Below the pieces are notes generated by a model that was not told the origin of the DNA, made no database searches, and worked only from the letters and a program-made list of their open reading frames with translations. The translations under genes were made by a program, and so were the position numbers. Shown here in pieces: positions 58,263-64,000 of a stretch of DNA of 64,000 nt (positions are counted from its first letter, which is position 1; each line of letters opens with the position of its first letter). The DNA comes from Chitinophagales bacterium (GTDB taxonomy: Bacteria; Bacteroidota; Bacteroidia; Chitinophagales; UBA10324), in the NCBI GenBank assembly GCA_035638255.1, contig DASRAJ010000157.1, positions 94,827 to 158,826 on the forward strand. The letters are read 5' to 3'.

Positions 58263-60185
58263 ATGAAAAAATCAACTTTACTACTTCTTTTCTGCTTACC
58301 GCTCTTCGTTGCCGGCCAAATAATACAGAAGGCACCGGGATTTTTATTAAGTAAACCGGAAAGCAATCTTGCAAATAAAGCAATACCCTATGTAAGACAA
58401 TTGTCAGGAGAAGTACCCACTGGCAATGAACCTTCGATTCCACTTGTTCCTGCACCCGCCCCTCCACAAAATACGCTGAGAGATGTTACAGCAACGGAAA
58501 TTGGAACTACTTACTATGATTTGCAAACTAATGGTTCGGTATATCCACGCCTGATAAACAATGGCGATGGAACATTCTCTGCCGTGTGGACCATGTCGCA
58601 GGAATCCACACCATGGACTGATCGCGGAACCGGTTACAATTATTTTAATGGATCCACTTGGGGTCCTGAGCCGGGCACGAGAGTGGAAGAAACGAGAACG
58701 GGTTTTACAAATGTTGCAGTAACAGCAAGCAACGCCGAATTTCTTCTACCTCATGCAGCTACTGCTGGTCCTTCCGGGGTAGGTGAACCATTCCTTTCAA
58801 ACCGTCCTGCAAAAGGATCAGGAGTGTGGACTTCATCGGCGACAGTGCTCGAATCACCGTCAGCAGGCAGTTTGTGGCCGCGTCTTGTGAGCGGAGGAAG
58901 TGATAATCAGACATTGCATGCAATTGCTATTACTACACCTACTAATCAAAATCCACCGGGCACCCTTTATCATGGACAAAGCGGAGCACTTCTCTATTCA
59001 CGTTCACAAGACGGTGGTGCAACATGGGATTTGAATCAGGTTCAGTTGCCGGGCATTGATAGCTCCCTTTATGAAGGATGGGATGGTGATGCTTATGCTA
59101 TTGACGCCAATGGTAATAATGTAGCCATAGTGCTTGGCGGCTTCACTCGCGATTGGGTACTGCTGAAATCTACTGACAATGGAACAACATGGACGAAGAC
59201 GGTGATATGGCAATTTCCAATTCCCTTTTATCAATCAGGAGCGCTTACTGATGTTGATGGAGATTATGTTGCTGATACAATTGACACACAGGATGGATCA
59301 CTCGCCGTTCTGATTGATGACAATGGCACAGTGCATTGTTGGGCTGGCTTTAACAGGGTGTTTAATGATGGTACTGCTGCCGGTTACTATTATTTCCCCG
59401 GACAAAACGGAATCCTTTATTGGAATGAAAGCATGGCTTACAATCCTCCGCAGATCATTGCAGGCGCCGTTGATGTAGATAGTAGTGGCACTCTTGACCT
59501 TGGGACTCTCGCAACTTCTTATGCTTGCGGCTTAAGTTCTTTCCCAAGTGCCGGCATTGATGCAAATGGTAATATTTACTTAAGCTATTGGGCAATTGTA
59601 GAAAATACTGCCGACGCTAACGGAAATAATCTGGGACACTCTTATATCATTTACTCAAAAGATGGAGGCACTACATGGTCATCTTTCACTGACCAACCAG
59701 GTCCGGTTGATTATATTGTTGACAATCTTACCGAAGGGTGTTACAGCTCCCTGGCACGCAAAGTTGATGATGCTTTCATTTATGCTCTGGTGCAGGAAGA
59801 TTATTGCGGGGGACAAGGAGTTTCTGTTGATGGATCAGGTGCTGTTATTGATCCCTGCAATACTGGCGGAACAAATTACATGATGTTTATCAGCATTGGA
59901 AATTTCGTGGTTGGTACTCCTTCAATTGCAGACAACTCCGCAAACATTAAAATGTACCCCGTACCCTCAGATGGTAACTTTACCATTGAAGGAATTAGCA
60001 CTGATAGAGTAAACGTCCTGGTGACCAATGCACTCGGTCAGTCAGTGGCCAAGTTCACTGATCAAAAGGTAAACAAGAGCCGTGTTGAATTGAACCTATC
60101 TTCGCTCAATAATGGAATGTATACTGTAAGTTTTGAAAACCAGGGTCAAACCATCTCAAAGAAGATCACCCTTTATAAGGATTAA
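58263..60185 (+). CDS. secreted BNR/sialidase-like beta-propeller protein with T9SS C-terminal domain
   Basis: Signal peptide, BNR-type motifs SQDGGATWD, STDNGTTWT, SKDGGTTWS, and CTD MYPVPSDGNF...GMYTVSF. Confidence 0.8.
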   Translation: MKKSTLLLLFCLPLFVAGQIIQKAPGFLLSKPESNLANKAIPYVRQLSGEVPTGNEPSIPLVPAPAPPQNTLRDVTATEIGTTYYDLQTNGSVYPRLINNGDGTFSAVWTMSQESTPWTDRGTGYNYFNGSTWGPEPGTRVEETRTGFTNVAVTASNAEFLLPHAATAGPSGVGEPFLSNRPAKGSGVWTSSATVLESPSAGSLWPRLVSGGSDNQTLHAIAITTPTNQNPPGTLYHGQSGALLYSRSQDGGATWDLNQVQLPGIDSSLYEGWDGDAYAIDANGNNVAIVLGGFTRDWVLLKSTDNGTTWTKTVIWQFPIPFYQSGALTDVDGDYVADTIDTQDGSLAVLIDDNGTVHCWAGFNRVFNDGTAAGYYYFPGQNGILYWNESMAYNPPQIIAGAVDVDSSGTLDLGTLATSYACGLSSFPSAGIDANGNIYLSYWAIVENTADANGNNLGHSYIIYSKDGGTTWSSFTDQPGPVDYIVDNLTEGCYSSLARKVDDAFIYALVQEDYCGGQGVSVDGSGAVIDPCNTGGTNYMMFISIGNFVVGTPSIADNSANIKMYPVPSDGNFTIEGISTDRVNVLVTNALGQSVAKFTDQKVNKSRVELNLSSLNNGMYTVSFENQGQTISKKITLYKD

Positions 60186-60206
60186 TTTTTACATGGTACT
60201 TTCAAG

Positions 60207-60238
60207 AACCTCCGGGCAAATTGTTCGGAGGTTTTTTT
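60207..60238 (+). terminator. rho-independent terminator
   Basis: aaCCTCCGggcaaattgttCGGAGGttttttt. Confidence 0.8.
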
Positions 60239-60426
60239 ATGAGCTAACTGAATTACTGCATACCGGTTACTCAATTTTAAAGAAAGAGAAGTTACATTCA
60301 CATGACTTCTCTTTTCTTTTTTCTAAACTGTTTTTTGCATCTTTGCGACAATCTCAATTGCCAATGTCATTTGTTACATTTGTCTGATCAAAAAAAAAAT
60401 TCTGAACCAAACACAATTCAAAGCTC

Positions 60427-62376
60427 ATGAAAAAACTTTTACTCACTTTAAGTTCAGTACTTGTTGTAGCGATCGCTTTCAGTCAACAGAATGTTTCTGT
60501 CAGCAATGAAGCACTGAAGGGCCGTCTCAAAAACTTCCCGTCGCAAGATGGAACTCCTTACGCAAATCCCTTAATGGTCACTCACGTGTTGCCACAACAT
60601 CAAAGCAACGGTGGTCTTCGATCACTTACCGAGGTGAAGTTTTCCAGTTCTCACAATGGATTCATGTTATTAGTAAGTCAATCGCAGTGCCTCACGGTGA
60701 ACACTGATTTAAAACTCATCAACTTCACTCAACGCGCTCCTGAGAGCATTGTTCAGGCGAATGGTGGAGGAACTAATGCAACCGGTATTATTACAAACAG
60801 TTGGTCTGTGAATGATGGAGCAACATGGGATACTGATAACGTAGTCATTCCTGTACAGGGTGCCTCTCACTGCCGGTATCCGTCTGGAGGCATTTACAAT
60901 CCTCCCGGAAATACAAATCCTCTTGAAGCTTATTCTGTAGTTGGGGGGCCATGTACTGATGACGTTAACTGGATACAGTATTACTATGGAAGCGCGAAAC
61001 TTGATGGTTCCAACGGCGATCAGCAGTTCTACGATAATCAAAATGGAAATTCTTTTCAGCAAATGCCGCGCTTGAGTTTTACTACTTGCGGAAATTTAGC
61101 CTTCGTTTTGGGATCTACTATTGATTTTAATCCCACCCCGTTATTTACTGATTTCCCGGGAGCTGTTATCAACCGGGGGGTATTTAATACAGTAACAAAT
61201 AAATTTGACTGGACTCAAATTCCTGTTCATGTACCTCTTGCACTTGATCAAACCGGTACGCAGGAATTTGAAAACCTGGGCAATCTTGCGTTTAATGATG
61301 ATGGCTCTATCGGTTACTTCGTAATTCTTGGTGTTGATTCAGCTAACCCTGTTGGATATTATCCTATCATTTTCAGATCTACGGACTTTGGACTTACATG
61401 GGTAGAACAATCATTCTTTGATTTCAGAAATATTGCTGTATGGGATAGCGCTCTTTATCTGCCGACACACGGTTCTACAAGTAAAAAACCGCTCTTCTCA
61501 TGGACTGATGGCATCGATGCCGTAGTGGATAACAATGGACTCTTACATTTAATCTGCACCATATACAGTGCGTCTTCTGATGATATTGATTCACTTGGTT
61601 ATAGTTACACCTTTCCCAAGCCACTCATTTTCGACGTACACCAGGTCGGTGATGTTTGGGATGCTTACTTCATTGATAGCGTTTTAACCCTCAATGGTAC
61701 TTCTATAATATGGACAAGCACTACGGCTCCTTTTACAGTCGGAGTTGACGCGCGCATTCAGGCAGCCACTTCTCCTGATCGCACAAAGATCTTTACAATC
61801 TGGGCTGACACTGATCCGCAATGGGGCCTTACCACGAATGATTTGCCTGATCTCAAAGGAATGGGCGTTGATTGGTCATCAGGTGTTCCTACAAATACCG
61901 GGGTCATTAACTTCACTGCGAATACCGATTACCTCCAGGTGAATTTCTGGCATTACGTTTCCGACCGTGCTTTCGATGCCGGTGGTGGAATGTTTACAGT
62001 CCCTGTTACCATTTCACAATCACGCGACGGTCAGAGCGTCATGGATAATGTGATGGATCACTACTATGTAAACGATGTTACCTTCCCCTTCACAGTGGGA
62101 GTTCCTCCGGTAAATAACGTTTCGTTCTCGGTTGATCAAAACTATCCGAACCCTTTCAGCGATCAAACGCAAATAAAAGTAACGCTCGCCAGACCTTCTG
62201 ATGTGAACCTGAGGATCACGAACATCTTAGGTCAGGAAGTAGCGAATAAGAACTTCAATTTTTCAGGCGGAAGTCACAACATCCATTTAAGTAAAAGCAA
62301 TTTCAGCAGCGGGGTTTACAATTTCACTGTTACCGCTGATGGCAAGCAAATAAGTAAGACGATGATTATCCAGTAA
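60427..62376 (+). CDS. secreted BNR-like beta-propeller protein with T9SS C-terminal domain (distant paralog of 58263..60185)
   Basis: Signal peptide, SVNDGATWD and STDFGLTWV motifs, and CTD NYPNPFSDQT...GVYNFTV. Confidence 0.8.
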   Translation: MKKLLLTLSSVLVVAIAFSQQNVSVSNEALKGRLKNFPSQDGTPYANPLMVTHVLPQHQSNGGLRSLTEVKFSSSHNGFMLLVSQSQCLTVNTDLKLINFTQRAPESIVQANGGGTNATGIITNSWSVNDGATWDTDNVVIPVQGASHCRYPSGGIYNPPGNTNPLEAYSVVGGPCTDDVNWIQYYYGSAKLDGSNGDQQFYDNQNGNSFQQMPRLSFTTCGNLAFVLGSTIDFNPTPLFTDFPGAVINRGVFNTVTNKFDWTQIPVHVPLALDQTGTQEFENLGNLAFNDDGSIGYFVILGVDSANPVGYYPIIFRSTDFGLTWVEQSFFDFRNIAVWDSALYLPTHGSTSKKPLFSWTDGIDAVVDNNGLLHLICTIYSASSDDIDSLGYSYTFPKPLIFDVHQVGDVWDAYFIDSVLTLNGTSIIWTSTTAPFTVGVDARIQAATSPDRTKIFTIWADTDPQWGLTTNDLPDLKGMGVDWSSGVPTNTGVINFTANTDYLQVNFWHYVSDRAFDAGGGMFTVPVTISQSRDGQSVMDNVMDHYYVNDVTFPFTVGVPPVNNVSFSVDQNYPNPFSDQTQIKVTLARPSDVNLRITNILGQEVANKNFNFSGGSHNIHLSKSNFSSGVYNFTVTADGKQISKTMIIQ

Positions 62377-62385
62377 TGATGTAAA

Positions 62386-62419
62386 CTGAATTTTTAAAAA
62401 ACCTCCGGGCAATTGTTCG
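62386..62419 (+). terminator. rho-independent terminator (near-identical to 60207..60238)
   Basis: aaaaaaCCTCCGggcaattgttCGGAGGtttttt. Confidence 0.8.
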
Positions 62420-62545
62420 GAGGTTTTTTGTTAAGAAGATGTTGGTGTGAAGAAACCCGAGAATAATAATTTCAAATTTTGAATAATTGTCCCGATTGAT
62501 CGGGATGGATAAATTGTTAAATGGCTTTCGCTCCCTCTGTTATTT

Positions 62546-62602
62546 TAGCCATTTAGCCATTGAACCATTCAGCCATCGTTACCAATAACGATTAACAAAT
62601 AA
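62546..62602. repeat. degenerate 7-nt-periodic tract upstream of ddl
   Basis: tagccat ttagcca ttgaacc attcagc catcgtt accaata acgatta acaaata, read directly. Confidence 0.6.
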
Positions 62603-62612
62603 CTTTACCCCC

Positions 62613-64000
62613 ATGATTAGAGTAGGAATTTTTTTCGGCGGGGCTTCGCGCGAGCGCGAGATTTCATTTGCCGGTGGTAGAACGGTATATGATAATTTGG
62701 ATAAAAATCTCTTTGAGCCAATTCCCATTTTCGTTGATTCGAAGGGAAACTTTATTGAACTGACCTGGAAATTTATTTACAAAGGAACCATCCGCGATTT
62801 CTATCCTCCTGCGAATTTTATTCCTTCATCACAATATAGTTTCCTCCAAAAGGAGTCCTTCGGACAGATTTATCTTGAGTCACTCGGTGAATTGAGTGCG
62901 GAGCAACAAGAAAAAATTATTTCTTCTGTCGGGAAAAAAATTTCCATTGAAGAATTGAAATCGAAAATTGATTTTGCATTTCTCTCATTGCACGGTGCGT
63001 GGGGAGAGGACGGAACAATACAGGGAATGCTTGAATGGCTGAACATTCCATATTCCGGCTCCGGTATTCTTCCTTCTGCAATTGGAATGGATAAAGCGTT
63101 TCAGAAAAAGGTGATGAAGGAAAGTGGTTTTGAGGTGGCGAAAAGTTTTGTAATCCACCGCGATGAATGGATCACCCCTCAATCCCCTGAATGGGAAGCC
63201 CTGTCGCGCAGCGAAAGCGGTTCTCCCTTTAGCGAGTTAGACAGTAGTGAGAGCAAGAAAAGTCAGAAGGAAATTTTCAAACGCGCGGTAAAAAAAATTG
63301 GGTTGCCTTTTGTCATTCGCCCGGCGAATCAGGGATCGTCCATCGGTGTTTCCATCGTTCATAAAAAACACTTTGAGGAATTTTCAGTCGCGGTAAACGC
63401 CGCATTCTTCATCACAAAAATTTCTTCGAAGGAATGGAAAAAATTTTCAGAAGAAGAGAAAGTACATTGGGTTCACACAGTTTCGGAAATAAAAGATGGA
63501 ATTGGAATCCCCTTCATCATCAACAGCACGATAATCTATCATCCCGGGGAATTGCTGCAATTCATTGACAACTATTTTGCAAAACCTGATGATGATCTCT
63601 TTGTTGACACAGGTGATTCTTTGCTTTTGCAAAGCGTCTATCAGGAACAGGAAGTGCTCATCGAAGAGTTCATAGAAGGAATCGAATTCTCCTGCATTGT
63701 AATTCGCAATGATACTGATGAAGCGGGAAGAGAATCACTGGCGCTTCCTCCAACGGAAATCAGAAAAGGAGGAGAGGTATATGATTACCGCTCGAAATAT
63801 CTCGCGGGAATGAGCCGCAAGGTGACGCCGATTGATTTGCCCGATAAAGAAATTGAACGCATCCGCAAAGCATGCGAGCAGTTGTTTGATTTCTTCGGCT
63901 TTCACGTGTATGCGCGCATTGACGGATTTATCCGCAAGCGCGACAATAAAATTTTTCTAAACGATCCTAACACTACTTCAGGAATGCTGCCTTCATCATT
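62613..64000 (+). CDS. ddl: D-alanine--D-alanine ligase (long Bacteroidota form), 3-prime end outside the window
   Basis: Not in the ORF track because it runs off the end. My own translation from ATG 62613: MIRVGIFFGGASREREISFAGGRTVYDNL...LHGAWGEDGTIQGMLEWLNIPYSGSG...GLPFVIRPANQGSSIGVSIV...EEFIEGIEFSC...ARIDGF...FLNDPNT. Confidence 0.85.
   Translation, partial: MIRVGIFFGGASREREISFAGGRTVYDNLDKNLFEPIPIFVDSKGNFIELTWKFIYKGTIRDFYPPANFIPSSQYSFLQKESFGQIYLESLGELSAEQQEKIISSVGKKISIEELKSKIDFAFLSLHGAWGEDGTIQGMLEWLNIPYSGSGILPSAIGMDKAFQKKVMKESGFEVAKSFVIHRDEWITPQSPEWEALSRSESGSPFSELDSSESKKSQKEIFKRAVKKIGLPFVIRPANQGSSIGVSIVHKKHFEEFSVAVNAAFFITKISSKEWKKFSEEEKVHWVHTVSEIKDGIGIPFIINSTIIYHPGELLQFIDNYFAKPDDDLFVDTGDSLLLQSVYQEQEVLIEEFIEGIEFSCIVIRNDTDEAGRESLALPPTEIRKGGEVYDYRSKYLAGMSRKVTPIDLPDKEIERIRKACEQLFDFFGFHVYARIDGFIRKRDNKIFLNDPNTTSGMLPSS

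Noticed and set aside
60133-60387. 84-aa plus-strand ORF between the two BNR-like genes
   Set aside because: It overlaps the end of 58263..60185, spans the terminator hairpin and has non-coding-like composition.

Overview
AT-rich chromosomal segment that looks like Bacteroidota. Evidence: at least nine proteins end in Por/T9SS-type C-terminal sorting domains, a TonB-dependent receptor has a carboxypeptidase-regulatory-like N-terminus, bacillithiol bshB1 and a GH3-family gene are present, and Shine-Dalgarno signals are weak. Recognisable housekeeping genes are glycogen debranching enzyme, aspartate kinase, bshB1, idi, pyrG, yidC, ddl (partial at the right edge), tRNA-Val and tRNA-Ser. They are mixed with secreted or T9SS cargo (esterase, metzincin protease, LamG/FN3 protein, beta-propeller repeat protein, two BNR-like paralogs), a class III nucleotide cyclase, an ArsR regulator and a HisKA_3/NarL two-component pair. 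The most unusual region is about 35.9-46.3 kb on the minus strand. It holds genes that lack signal peptides: a 723-aa orphan, a PLAT-like 159-aa protein, a translationally coupled trio (protein with a LecB/DUF4114-like calcium-lectin motif plus a KEF-repeat tail, a short ATP-grasp-like partner, and an MvdD/RimK-like ATP-grasp enzyme), a GT4 glycosyltransferase and a GMC-oxidoreductase::DUF1080 fusion. The transcription units are each preceded by copies of the same roughly 130-350 bp non-coding leader or promoter module, including a block I read as about 74 nt identical in two copies. I could not match this arrangement to any described system. The window also carries many gene remnants: a pyrG 3-prime fragment, an internal TonB-receptor fragment, a truncated PIN toxin, a histidine-kinase tail and a possible sugar-transferase N-terminal fragment. 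Other features are 7-nt-periodic repeat tracts next to housekeeping gene starts, a dispersed intergenic repeat family and nested long inverted repeats. I saw no CRISPR array, rRNA, integrase or transposase. All family assignments come from motif recognition by eye, not from database searches.
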